Origin: the human T2T-CHM13v2.0 reference genome, Homo sapiens
DNA: 64,000 nucleotides
Strand: one strand, 5' to 3'
NCBI RefSeq assembly: GCF_009914755.1
Contig: NC_060925.1
How positions within the stretch are numbered: position 1 is the first letter of the stretch; the number at the start of each line of letters is the position of its first letter. The notes beneath the pieces were generated by a model, which did not search any database, was not told where the DNA came from, and saw only the letters and a program-made list of their open reading frames with translations. Below, one piece after another: positions 13,099-30,189 of this stretch. A program made the translations under genes and the position numbers.

Positions 13099-15329
13099 GG
13101 TATTAGTCTGTGTTCATGCTGCTAACAAAGGCATAGCTGAGACTAGAAAGAAAAAGAGGTTTAATAGGACTTACAGTTCCACATGGCTGCGGAGGCCTCA
13201 GAATCATAGTGGGAGGTGAAAGGCACTTCTTACATGGCGGCAGCAAGAGAAAATGAGGAAGAAGGAAAAGTGGAAACTCCTGATAAACCCATAGGATCTC
13301 ATGAGACTTATTCACTATCATGAGAATAGCACAGGAAAGAACAGCCCCCATGATTCAATTACCTCCCCCCAGGTCCCTCCCACAACACGTGGGAATTCTG
13401 GGAGATACAATTCAAGTTGAGATTTGGGTGGGGACAGAGCCAAACCATATAATTCCACCCCTGGCCCCTCCAAATCTCATGTCCTCACATTTTAAAACTA
13501 ATCATGCCTTCCCAACAGTCTCCCAAAGCCTTAACTCATTTCAGCATTAACCTAAAAGCCCACAGTCCAAAGTCTCATCTGAAACAAGGCCAGTCCCTTC
13601 CACCTATGAGCTTGTAATATCAAAAGCAAGCTAGCTACTTCCTAGATACAATGGAAGTACAGGTATTGGGTAACTACAGCCATTCGAAATGGGAGAAATT
13701 GGCCAAAACAAAGGGGATATAGGGCCCATGCAAGTCCAAAATCCAGCAGGGCAGTCAAATTTTAAAGCTACAAAATGATCTCCTTTGAGTCCAGGTCTCA
13801 CATCCAGGTTACGCTGATGCAAGAGGTGGATGCCCATGGTCTTGGGCAGCACTGCCGCTGTGTCTTTGCAGGATACAGCCCCCGTCCTGGCTGCTTTCAC
13901 AGGCTGGTGTTGAGTGTCTGTGCTTTTTTCAGGTGCATAGTGCAAGCTGTCAGTGGATCTATCATCCTGGGGTCTGGAGGACGGTGGCCCTCTTCTCACA
14001 GCTCCACTAGGCAGTGCCCCAGTAGGCACTCCATGTGGGGGTTCTGACTCCACATATCCCTTCCACACTGGGCTAGCAGAGGTTCTCCATGAGGGCCCCG
14101 ACCCTGCAGCAAACTTCTGCCTAGGTATCCAGGCGTTTCTATACATCTTCTGAAATCTAGGTGGAGGTTCCCAAACCTCAATTCTTGACTCAATAACACA
14201 TGGAAGATGCCAAGGCTTGGGGCTTCCACCCTCTGAGGCCACAGCTTGAGCTCTATGTTGGCCCCTTTCAGCCATGGCTGGAGCAGCTGGGACACAGGAC
14301 ACCAAGTCCCTAGGTTGCACACAGCATGGGCACCCTGGGCCTGGTCCATGAAACCACTTTTTCCTCCTGGGCCTCCAGGCCTATAGTGGGTGGGGCTGCT
14401 GTGAAGGTCACTGACATGGCCTGGAGACATTTTCCCCTTGGTCTTGGGGATTAACGTTAGGCTCCTTGCTACTTACGCAAATTTCTGCAGCCAGCTTGAA
14501 TTTCTCATCAAAAAATGGGTTTTTCTTTTCTACTACATCATCAGGCTGCAAATTTTCTGAACTTTTATGTTCTGTTTCTCTTTCAAAATGGAATGCTTTT
14601 AACAGCATCCAAGTCACTTTTGAATACTTTGCTCCTTAGAAATTTCTTCTGCCAGAAGAATCATCTCTGAAGTTCAAAGTTCCATAAATCTCTAGGGCAG
14701 GAGCAAAATGCCACCAGTCTTTTCTAAAACATAACAGGAGTCACCTTTGCTCCAGTTCCCAAAAGTTTCTCATCTCCATCTGAGACCACCTCAGCCTGGA
14801 CCTTATTGTCCATATTGCTATCAGGCTTTTGGTCAAAGCCATTCAACAAGACTCTAGGAAGTTTCAAACTTTCCCACATTTTCCTGTCCTCTTCTGAGCC
14901 CTCCAAACTGTTCCAACCTTTGACCGTTCCAATATTGCTTCAACATTTTTGAGTATCTTTTCAGTGATGCCCCACTCTCCTATTACCAATTTACTATACT
15001 AGTCCATTTTCATGATGCAGACAAAGGCATACACGAGACTGCATAGAAAAAGAGCCTTCACATGGCTGGGGAGGCCTTAGAATCATGGCAGGAAGCAAAA
15101 GGCACTTCTTACATGGCAGCAGCAAGAGAAAATGAGGAAGAAGCAAAAGCGGAAACCCCAATAATCCCATCAGATCTTGTGAGACTTATTCACTATCATG
15201 AGAATAGCATGGGAAAGACCAGCCCCCATGATTCATTTACCTCCCCTGGGTCCCTCCCACAACACGTGGGAATTCTGGGAGATATGATTCAAGGTGAGAT
15301 TTGAATAGGCAAACAGCCAAACTATATCA
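13099..15329 (-). mobile_element. Full-length THE1C MaLR provirus (LTRs 13099-13452 and 14995-15329; internal 13453-14994)
   Basis: Two LTRs with gcaagagaaaatgaggaagaag...gagacttattcactatcatgagaatagc; THE1-int between them; imperfect 5-bp TSD cactt/cacat. Confidence 0.92.
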
Positions 15330-16540
15330 CACATTAATACATCCACCTTCAAAAACAACACAGAACATTGACAATAAAGATACCTCCCAACCTCAAATAA
15401 TTTTCTCTTTATTTCTGGAGCAGAGAACTTTATCTTGATTTCTTTGGTTTTCTTGTTTTTATTTTTTTTTTGTTTTTTTTTGTTTTTTTTTTTGTTTGTT
15501 TTTGACAACCGATACTCATAAGATCTCACCTACCAATTCAACTTTATCAACTTATTTTCCAAACAATAATAGTTTCTTCCTGAAGAAATGCTCTAGTTCC
15601 AGCTCTAGGGATAGTTTTTAAAGCTGTGTGATAATCAGATTTCATAGTAAGCATGGAATCAAAACATGAAAAGGTTATTTATATTTTCAAGGGTTTATTG
15701 GATTTTGTCTCTGATACATACAAATAGACACTGACATGACAGAGCTCTTCTCACTTGGCCATTGATTAGGGTGCTGCTTACATCTGCCTCTGTGATTCTT
15801 CTTATTCTATGCTTCTGTTGCATGAATTTTATGCTTCCAAATGAGTTCAAGTCTTCATGTTCAAGGGAATTCTGTTTCAGAGTACTAAAAACACCAGAAC
15901 CATAGTCAATAATTTTGGAAAATTTGATGGAATGAAAATGGTACTCAAGTGGAATATTCTTAAAGGATCTAATGAAGAAAAAAGAGTTTTTATCTGTACT
16001 AGAGACTAATCTGCTCAATACAACTCCTAAAAAATTTTAAGAAGTTGATTATGCAGATGCAGATGGCTTGATAAGACATTGTAGTGAAAGAAGTAGTTAT
16101 TACTGGAAAAAAGCATTGATTCATAGGAAACAAGTAATTGCAAATGGGCCTCATTATTCTTTTTTGAGAAGATTTACTGGCATATCAGAGAATGTCAAAA
16201 CAATATATTTAGATTCCAGCAGAATTTTTAATATATATTTTAAAATACCATTGGATACCAGGTGGAAAAATATGGAAAAAGCCAACAATTTAGTTAAGTG
16301 AATGTGTAGTTAATCAAATAGGAAATATACATACATATGTGTGTGTGTATGTGTGCGCATGTGTGTATATAATATTGTGTAAAGAAACATAAAACAGAGT
16401 AAGAAAATAGAAAGTGGCAATGTAATATTTTAGACAGGTATTAGTAAAAGGTCAGAGAAAAGAACATTTGAATGAAAGTTTAAATTGACCTAAGAATGTG
16501 AGCCATGTGAATATCTGGCAGAAAAAAATCCAAATACTTT

Positions 16541-16871
16541 ATTATTTTATTATTATTATTATTATTATCATTATTATTATATTTTTTAGATGTAGTCCTG
16601 CTCTGTCACCCAGACTGGAATGCAGTGGCACGGTCTTGGCTCACTGCAGCCTCTGCCTTTTGGGTTCAAGTGATTCTCTCGCCTCAGCCTCCTGAATAGC
16701 TGGGATTACAGGCGCCCACCACCACTCTTGGCTAATTTTTTTGTATTTTTAATAGAGACAGGGGTTCACCATGTTGGCCAGGCTGGTCTTGAACTCCTGA
16801 CCTCAAATGATCCACCTGCCTCGGCCCCCCCAAAGTGATGGTATTACAGGTGTGAGCCACTAAGCCTAACC
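16541..16871 (-). mobile_element. AluS with (TTA)n tail, inserted in L2-like sequence
   Basis: Complete Alu; TSD aaaaatccaaa(t/c)acttt. Confidence 0.93.
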
Positions 16872-16879
16872 CCAAAAAT

Positions 16880-17480
16880 CCAAACACTTTAAATAAAATA
16901 ATAGCAAGCACAAAGTCCTAGAGAAAAGAATGTGTTGAATGTTTGAAGAACATTGAGATGGATAATAAAGAATGACTAGGGGAAGAGTGGTAAAGAAGGA
17001 GTTTGGAAGGTGAGCATTAGATCATATAAGATCATGGTATACATTTTAGATTTTATCCTAAGTCTTATGGGAAACCATCATATGGCTCTTAACTGATTTA
17101 GGTTTTTAAAAAAATCACTTTGGCTGCAGTGTGAAGAATCGAATATATGAATTAAGAAAGCGAAGGCAAGAATGGAAGCAAAGAGACAGTTAAGAGGCTA
17201 TTTCAGGAGCCCAGAAGAACATATTGATAGCTTGGACACAAGATGATAACTGTGGAGGTGGTGAAAAGTGGTCAGATCCTGTATATATTTTTGAAGGTGA
17301 CACAATAAAATTTGTAGAAGGAATGGGCAATGGGTTTAAAGAAAAGAGGAGTAAAGGATGAGTTTAAGGTTTTGGTCTAACAACTGGGTGACTAGTGGTA
17401 TCATTCATTGAAATAGGAAACATTGGAGAAGGGACAGAGGAGGGTGAGTTTGAGAGCAAAATGTCTGACTCTAATTTTGG
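16880..17480. mobile_element. L2 fragment
   Basis: tttttaaaaaaatcactttggctgcagtgtgaaga...gtggtcagatcctgtatatatttttgaagg resembles L2. Confidence 0.6.
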
Positions 17481-19526
17481 TTACATTTATTTTAAGACGC
17501 CAATTTTCTCTGTGATGAAGATAACATCTCAAATCAGAATATAAAGGTTGATTATTAAATAAGTGGTTCAAAGACAAATGGATAGCCATATGGCAAAAAA
17601 TAAAGTCTATCTTGGACTTTATGCTGGAATAAGTTCCAAATGAATCAGTTTTAATGGCAAACGAAGCTATAAGATTGTGAGGGAAAAAAATTGGAAAATT
17701 AGATAATCTTAATTTAGACAAAGTCTTCCTATGACGCAATGTTATTTTTAAACCCTCAACACTGTCAAGATCTCTGCTTTAGCAAATGCAAGATGCATTC
17801 TGCTTGGTTTCATAGCCTCCATACCATGCATATGCAGCATAGGAATCTATCACTGACATAGGGGGAACTGAATTCAGAATTTTGGCTAATTTCTCTACCA
17901 TTTCTTCCATCTCAATGATATTGGCTCCTCAGTCCTGGCTGCTCCCAATGTTTGTCCCTCAGCCCACTGATGACACTGCAAACTGTAGGGTTCTACTACT
18001 CTCTTTTCAGAATTTACACTCCATGCCAAGAGTCAACAAATTCTCTGGGAGAAAAAAGCAATGGATAAATGTAGGATTTATCTCAATATATTTTTCTTCA
18101 CTCTAGTATCTTACCATTCAATTACTGACTGTTTTGGGTGCATTTTGATGACCTCATATGGCTATTTTTTATTTCTCCCACATATTGTAGTTGTTCTCAG
18201 TAGGAGGGTTTGCATGATACAAGTTACTCCTCTGTCATGGATGAATGTTCCTTCTCTTAGTAATTAATTGATCACACAAACAATAAATCAGTAAGAGTTT
18301 CGATGATTTAAAAAGTACAATCTATACATCTGAGCATTTATAAACTTAACATGAAAACCAACAACTGGAGAATGCACATTCTTTTGAAGTTTTCTTGAAA
18401 AATCTTCAAAAATTTACCGTGTGCTGAGATATAAAGTGAACCCCAACAAATTTCAATGAATTATTTTCGTAAAGACTATCTATAATTAAACAATATAGTC
18501 AGGTTATGAATCAAAACCAAGAATGACTGGAAAAAATACATTTGAAGATTTAGAAACATACTTGTAAATAATTAAAGGTAAAATTATAATAGAAAACAAA
18601 ATTTTATTAGAATTAAATAATTATGAAAACACTATGTATCAAAACTTGTATAACGGAGTTAAAGCAGTACTTAGGAGATTTATTCTATAGCATGCAGTAA
18701 AAATCAAGAAAGTCTAAAAAATAATGAGCTAAACATCCAACTTCAGACATTAAAATAAGGACAGCCAGGTAGACCACAAAAACAAAGAAGGTAATCATAA
18801 AGACATGAGCAGAAACTAATCAAATAAAGAAAAATTATATAATAAAAATGATTTGTAAAGCCAAAAGTTTTTTTTAAAAAGAGGCCAATGAAATGAACCA
18901 AACTTTCAGATAATTATCAGAAGAATTCACAATCAAATAATATTTAGAAAAAGTTGTGTGTGTGTGTGTGTGTGATAACTATGGATCCCAGAGATTAAAA
19001 ACAATGAAGGATATTTTAAATTAGCATGTAATATGTAAAACATATACGAATAAGTTTTTTTAAAAATGTTGAACACAAAAGAGACTAATTTGTGAAAAAT
19101 TAAGAACCCAAGGAATCCAATAACCAATAACAAAACTGAATCAGTCTCAAATGGCTTTTACTGATAAATTCTACCAAATAGTCAAGGAACAGATAACCCC
19201 TACTACATATAATTTCTTCTGGCAAACAGAAAAAGAAAGAATGTTTCTCAACATATTTAACAAGGCTATCATAATTTTGATACCAATATCAAAATTAAAG
19301 GCAGATCTCACTCATGCAAATGGAAACAAAAATTTAAAAAATATATATTTACACAACACACCACAAGAAAATAGAGGAATACATTATGACTTAAATTTAT
19401 TCTAGAAATTTGAAGTGATTTAACACTAAAATCAGCATGTTTTTACCACATTAAGCAATTAAACGGGGAAAACTATATAAATGTCTGTTATACATAGAAA
19501 CATATTTGATTAAGAATTCTCTTCCA

Positions 19527-19890
19527 TAAAAAGGAAAAAGATCATGTCCTTTGCAGGGACATTGGATGGAGCTGGAAGCCAATATCCTCAGCAAACTAAC
19601 GCGGGGACAGAAAACCAAACACTGCATGTTCTCACATATAAGTGGGAGCTAAATAATGAGAACACATGGACACAGGGAGGGGAACAACACACACTGGGGC
19701 CTGTTGGAGGGTGGGGTTGAGGGAGGGAGAGCATTAGGGAAAACAGTTAATGCATGTTGGTCTTAATACCTAGCTGATGGGCTGATAGGGGCAACAAAGC
19801 ACCATGGCACACGTTTACCTATGTAACAAACCTGCACATGCTGCATATGTACCCCAGAAGTGAAAATTAAAATTAAAATTAAAAGTAAAC
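19527..19890 (+). mobile_element. L1PA 3' end
   Basis: gatcatgtcctttgcagggac...tgtaacaaacctgcacatgctgcatatgtacccc with A-rich tail. Confidence 0.9.
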
Positions 19891-20324
19891 CAGCATCTTA
19901 ATCACACTAAAAAAGAATAATTCTCTTCATTTATAGTGAAATCTGGCAAATTAAAAACTGAAAAGCATTTTCTTTATCTGATAAGTGACATTTACATAAA
20001 AACTACAGTGAATGTCATATCTAAATATGGGCTGTTAAAAATTATTGTCTTAAATCAGAAAAGGGCAAGGATACCTTCTATCATTTCTTAAATTCAACAT
20101 TGTACTAAAAATCCTAACCATCACAATAAAATTAGAAAAATAAGATATTTTCTAATTTTGGAATTGGAAAGAACTAAAGCTACAATGTTTTTTTAGTTGG
20201 TATATTTATCTATACCGAGGAATTCAAAAGAATCTACAAATTGTTAAACTAATGAAAATATATCAATACCAAAACTCAATGGATTTTCTGTGTGCTATAC
20301 ACAAATAGTTAAAATACAACAAAA

Positions 20325-20759
20325 TATTAGTTTTCTAGAACTGCCATAGCAAATTATCACAAACTGTGTGGCTTAAAACAATAGAAATTCATTTTCTCAC
20401 AGTTCTGGAGGCTAGATGTCTGAAACCAAGGTGTTGGCAGAGCCATGCTTCTTCCTAAACTTTAGGAAAGGATCCCTCTTGATTTTTTTAGCTTCTGGTA
20501 GCCCTGTGCATTTCTTGTCTTGTGGCAGCTTAACTCTAATTTCTGTGCTTCACATGGCTGTTTTCTCTTTGTATGTCTCTCTCCCTTCCTTATAAGGACA
20601 CCATTTACATCAGATTAGGTTGTACTCTAATTGAGTATAACTTCATTTTAATGTGATTATATGTGCAAATAATCTACTTCCTAGTAAGATCACATTCACT
20701 GATACTGAGGTTTAAGACTTTAACACATGTTTTAGAGGGATGCAATTCAACCCATAACA
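20325..20759 (-). mobile_element. MLT1 (A/B/C-type) solo LTR
   Basis: gtggcttaaaacaatagaaattcattttctcacagttctggaggctag...caattcaacccataaca. Confidence 0.85.
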
Positions 20760-22177
20760 AACGTGCATGGACTTTATGAAGACAATTATAATGATCTGTT
20801 GAAATATAATAAGGAAGATATTCCAAAGTGGAGAGATATGTCATATTCATGGATAAAAACTTGCATTATCAGAATAATGGAATTCAATCTCAATTAAATC
20901 ATTGATTCAATACAATTTCAATCAATCAATGGTTTTGTTTGCTGTTTTCTTAGTGAAACTTGATAAACTGTTCCCAAAGTCTGTATGAAAAAATGAAACA
21001 AAAAATAATCTATGCACTTCTTAGGAGAAAACTGAGAATCAGAACTTGCTCTGCTAGTATTGATTTTAATTATCTTATTTCCTCAAATCTAAGGTGGCAT
21101 AATTTGTAATATACGTTACTATTTATGTACTGTTAAGAAAGAAAAAACACTATCACTCTATGTGATGAAGCATGATAGACTTAATGATAAGCTGCATAAT
21201 GCATGAATGAGTCACACTAGCCTTTCAATGCTTTGAAATTTCTTTTATGTATTTGACCATTTTTATCTATTAAACCATTTCTCCTGTCTCTTGATTAATT
21301 ACTTTGATTGTGATAGAAAATTTTTTGCATGTATCTTAATAAATAAATGTAAAATAGTGTCACCTACTTATGATTATCTTAATTTATTAGGTTCTATTAA
21401 GCATTTGATATTGTCTTTAAAAATATAAAATTATGGTTATTTCTCCAACAATAATTTGTTTTGCAACTTTATGCCCAACTGCTATGTTTTGGGGATGTTA
21501 TGAATATACAATGAATCTTCCTTTCAATGAGAAACCATAGTGCATATTTTTAAAGCAATTCAAGTAGTAATTGCACACATCACATGTATAAATCATAATG
21601 CATATAACTTAATGTAAGTGACTACAATATGACCATCTATAATTAAATTTGCAGTTGCTTAGGAAAAAAATCTGCATTATGACTGCCCTCTGGCCAAGTG
21701 ATATTCCATCATCAGATGGGCTAAACATAAAATAAACATGCATCTTATAATTTATTAAATATAGTATAAAACTCAAACAATTAAGATAGTATGGTACTAG
21801 CATAAGAGAGAAAGATAGACAAAAGGAGTACAGAAACAGACCTACTCACATACCAAAAGCATGATAAATAACAGATTAGGTAATTAATATCAGTGGAAAA
21901 AAGACTAATCAATAAATTGTGCTGGGGTAATCAAGTGTCAAAATGAGGATGGGAGTAGGAACCAGTCATAACATTTACAAAATCAATTCTCGACATATCT
22001 CAAAGATTTAAATGTGAAAGCAATACTTAAACATAATTAGGAGAAAACAATAGAAAATATGAATTTAAGATAGGGAAGATATTAAAAACAAAAAGTACAG
22101 GGCTATTAAGGAATAGATGGGCATATTAAACAATATCAATTAAAAAAAAAACTCTATTCATAAAAAGGCAAACTCTA

Positions 22178-22458
22178 CACCAGGCATGGTAGCTCATGCC
22201 TGTAATCCCAGCCCTTTGAAGGCTGAGGCAGGCAGATTGCTTGAGCTCAGGAGTTTGAGACCCACCTAGGCAAAATGGCAAAACCTTGTCTCTTCAAAAA
22301 ATAAAAAAATTAGCTGAGTGTGGTGGCATGTACTTATGGTCCCAGCTACTGGAGAGGCTGAGGTAGGATTGCTTGAGCTTGGGATGTTGCAGTGAGCCAA
22401 GACTGCACCAATGCACACTAGCACGGGTGACAGAGTGAGACACTCTCTCAAAAAAAAG
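22178..22458 (+). mobile_element. AluJ
   Basis: Diverged Alu with ttgcttgagctcaggag; TSD aggcaaactc. Confidence 0.9.
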
Positions 22459-22663
22459 AGGCAAACTCCAAACTGGAAGAATTTTGTAACACAAAATTAT
22501 ATGTATGTATATTTCAAAATTATATGTATGTATGTATATATGTATGTATACGTATGTATATCTCACTTGTATGTGTGTATATATATATATACACACACAC
22601 ACATATATACACATAATGCATACAAAATTTGTAACTCCTATAAATCTATGTAACTAAATATGT

Positions 22664-22711
22664 ATTAAAAGTAACGGCAAAACTCGCAATTACTTTTGCA
22701 CCAATCTAATA
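22664..22711. mobile_element. MADE1 (Hsmar1-derived MITE), partial
   Basis: aaaagtaacggcaaaactcgcaattacttttgcaccaatctaata matches the mariner TIR. Confidence 0.85.
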
Positions 22712-22761
22712 TTTATATGTATATACATGTATATACAGTATTTACAACTTCTATGAATCTA

Positions 22762-26130
<3,369 letters not shown>

Positions 26131-26283
26131 ATTTTAAAAACATATTTCAAAAATTTAAAAATATATTTCAAAATGATAAAAAAGAAAATTTATTCTCTAC
26201 CCTGAAGACATAATCTTTTCTATTATATTCTAAAAGTTGCATTGCTTTGCCAGTTACTGCATGTTTTTGAATGCCAAAAATGA

Positions 26284-26712
<429 letters not shown>

Positions 26713-26899
26713 TTTCTCTGTATATTTTAACTGCTTAGAAACAAAACATTTGAATCTCTTAAAAAATAAACATTATATTGTACCCCATAAATTGTTTGTC
26801 AATTAAAATTGAAGTTGAAAAAAGTTTACAATAATAAACACTATTTCATGTATATTTTATGACAAAGTTTTTAAAAAATAAAAAAGCAATTATATAAAT

Positions 26900-28950
26900 T
26901 ATAAGAAAGCGACAAAAAAGAAAGGCATAAAAGACATGACTAGGCATCCCACAGGAGAAACAAGAATAGTGTATAGATAAATGAAAGCGTATTTTTAAAA
27001 TGCTCATACTCAATAATAATCAGGGAATGTAAATTAAAACCATAATAAAATAGCATTTTTCACCATAAAGGTTGGCAAGAATTAATAACTCACCTACATG
27101 CCCAACCAGGCTGTAGGCAGCTCAACCATGCACTGTCTCCCACTCTATCCACTGTCTTCACGTGCTTCAGGTCTGAAGGCTGGCACCAAGCTGTGGAGGA
27201 GGCCTTAGTCTGATAGAGAGTGGTCCCTCTCTCCCTGAACAGCTCCTTGAACCCTATTTCCACTCTCAGACACTAATTGGCCTCACTGGGACATGGGTAG
27301 TTAAAAAGTGGCCCTCTTCAACCCTGCTGTTCAGACTTGCTAAGCACTCAGAAATGACAGGAAAGAAGTCTCCTTTTAATAAAAACACCCATGATAGTAA
27401 AAAATAAATTAATAAAAGAATAAGTCACCTAATACCAAGCACTGGGAAAGACATAGAGAAAAAGGACACAAGTATTGCTTGTAGGAGTATAACTGGGAAA
27501 AACACTTTGAAACACATTTTGGTATAACCTATTCAATTTTAACATTAACGAAATCTAAAAGTCAGTTATTCTGTTTCTAGGTACAATCTTAGGCAAATGA
27601 TTGCACATGTGCATCAAGAGATGTAAAAGATGCTCACTGAAGCATTATTCATAATAGCAAAATGAATAAATGTACAGATAGATTAGAAAAGCAAGTCAAA
27701 TATCTGTCAATATCCATATTAATAAATTATGATATTTTCTATGTAATGTAATACTATACAGCAATAAAAATTAATAAACTAAAGGGACATACATCAGCAT
27801 GACCTCAAAAACATCATATGAGCAACAGAAACCATGAACGCAAAATATATATAATTCCATTTATGTAAATTTCAGCAACAGACAAAATTAAACAATATTT
27901 TATTTAAGGATATATGAACATAAGCTTAAAAAGAAAACCAAAATGTAATTAATAAAATTTAGGATAATAGTTGGAGAGGGTAATACATCATTTAAGATTA
28001 GCATATAGGGGACTATGCAGAGATACATTATTTGTGTATTATTCTTTAAATGGTGCCTATAGTTTGTATATTCTATTTCTAAATATGTTTCTAAAAGCCA
28101 CAAGCAAATTCAAAGACAAAAGACACGTGAAAGAAATGTTTGGATCATATTACAATGGATGAATTTTCCTTATCTATAAAGAGTTTATATGAATCAATAA
28201 GAAAATTACCAACAATCTAATGAAATGAATATGAAAAGTTCACAGAAAAGAATATACTGTACATATGTTAATTAAACATAGGAAAAGATGTCCAGCTTCA
28301 CTTAAAATAAGAAAAGTGCTAATTACAATTTCTGAGAGATATAATATTTTTACTTATCAGATTGACAAAATAAAACAGTTTAATACAACATTATAGGCAA
28401 TGTTAGCAAGAGTGTGGGAAAACAAGATATTTCATACATTGCTAATGGGAATGTAAATTTTTGAAATCCATATGAAGAACAGTTTGTCAGAAATTGATCA
28501 CAATTAGAGTTGCTTCCCTCCTTTGACTTAGAAATTCCACTTTTGGAATCTATCCTAGAGATACACCTGCATAGGTGAGAAATAGCATGTGTATAAAGTT
28601 ATTCATTGCAGTATTGTTTGTAATAGCAAAAGATGGAGACAAGCTACTACTGATTAGCAGTAAAGAATTGATTAAGCAAATTAAGATACAGCTATATAAT
28701 AAAATATGCAGTAAAAAAGAGATAGATGAGAAAGATCTATGTTCACATGTTGTGATGTCCAAGATGATATATAGTTGTGGATACAAATGTACAAACTAGC
28801 AAGCTAACATTTGTATAATGAGGAGGGGAAGATGTATACATTTGCTTATACATGTATATCTATCTCTGAAAGACTATTTTTAAATGATAGCATTTATTAA
28901 CCCCAGAGAGGGGGATTGAGAGGCTGGTGGATAGAAAGAAGACAAAATTT
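26900..28950 (+). mobile_element. Old L1M (L1ME-like) 3' fragments
   Basis: aatgctcatactcaataataatcagggaatgtaaattaaaacc, gcagtattgtttgtaatagcaaaa. Confidence 0.65.
27097..27418 (+). pseudogene. Short 5'-truncated retrocopy of an unidentified polyadenylated RNA
   Basis: GC-richer insert with AATAAA (27378-27383), A-rich tail from 27399, and 13-bp TSD aataa(c/g)tcaccta (27084-27096, 27419-27431), interrupting an L1M. Confidence 0.7.
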
Positions 28951-30189
28951 TTCAATTTAAAGCAATGTAAACTAGTTATCTGTTCAATAAGTGCATGATA
29001 CAAGGTAAAATGTTCAGGTCCATAGATAATTACATTTTTAAAGTATTTTAAAGTTTGAGATCCCTATTCTATTACATAAACAGAGGCTGGAGATAACATA
29101 TTTTGGTGTTATCTGTGTATGGGTTATATTTAAAACTATATGACTGTATGTCATTCAGTAAGGAAGAAGAGGAAGAAGTCCAAAAACTGAGCCCTTGAGT
29201 GCTTCTTCATTTGAAAGTCAGAAAGATCAAACTAAGGACACTAAGAAGTGGCAGTAGAAAACAAAGAAGGTAATACAGCTTAAATCAAGTTAACAAAGTG
29301 ATTGACTCTGTCAGATGCTGCTGACTTTGAATAAGGCAATATCTATGAGTTCACTGTTAGATTTGGCAATGTGGGAGTTAGGGGGTGATGTTGACAAGAA
29401 TGATTTCAGTGGAATTATTAAGATAAAAGCTTGACCAGAACAGTTTCAAGAGAGAATAAAAATAAGTTTGTGGAGACTGAAAACCCTTTCAATATAGTAG
29501 GTCATACCTAAAGGATGATAATTGTTTTAATTTTTCGAGTTGCTGTTTTGAAAAAGGGAGATATGGCATCGTGTTTGAATGCTGGTGGAAATGATCCAGA
29601 CAGAAGGTAAAAATTGATAGTGCAGGAGAGTTGGGGTACAATTTGTAGAAGCAAAGTGACATTTGACTGCCCCCCACTCCCCAGCCTAATGTTTTTCTTA
29701 AGGCAAACTAGGCAAAATTAAGAGAAATAGGATTCAAATTGGGGAACTATCAATACTTCCACACTTAGCCCTATAATTTCCATCTGGAGGATTAGGCCAT
29801 GGATATCACCTATTCCTATTCTCTGTGGATGACAAGAGCACAAAAACGTGTGGCAAAAAAATGAGGTTTAAAGCTGGATGGAAAATGATCTAAAAATAAA
29901 ATTGTACGGAGAACAGTTGAGCCTGGAGGAATGAGAACTTGGGAGAAAACGAAAAAGTAACCTTCAAATAGATGTCACGTAAAAGAAGGAGTGCATTGAT
30001 TTTCTAAACATGTTTTTAAAAGGAAAAGTAGGATTAAAAAAATCACAGAATCACAGTAGGTAGATTTTGGCTAGTTATGTTTAAAAAGTGTATCCATGTG
30101 CTTTGTACATGTATGAATGTTTAACAATTAAAGCTTTCAGCATTTACAGAATTATAAATATGTTATAACTAGATATGTAAAAATAAAGT

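Larger units (their letters stand above)
18270..22170 (+). mobile_element. Degenerate L1M ORF2 relic interrupted by younger elements
   Basis: A-rich ORF2-like motifs: tatcaaaacttg...aaagcagtacttagg, ttctaccaaata..aaggaa, tcaacattgtact. Confidence 0.7.

Noticed and set aside
13631-14430. Long ORFs of 229 and 144 aa
   Set aside because: Lie within THE1 internal sequence; typical MaLR remnants, not host genes.
21070-21770. Possible old DNA transposon (Tc2/Kanga-like end)
   Set aside because: Too degenerate to assign by eye.
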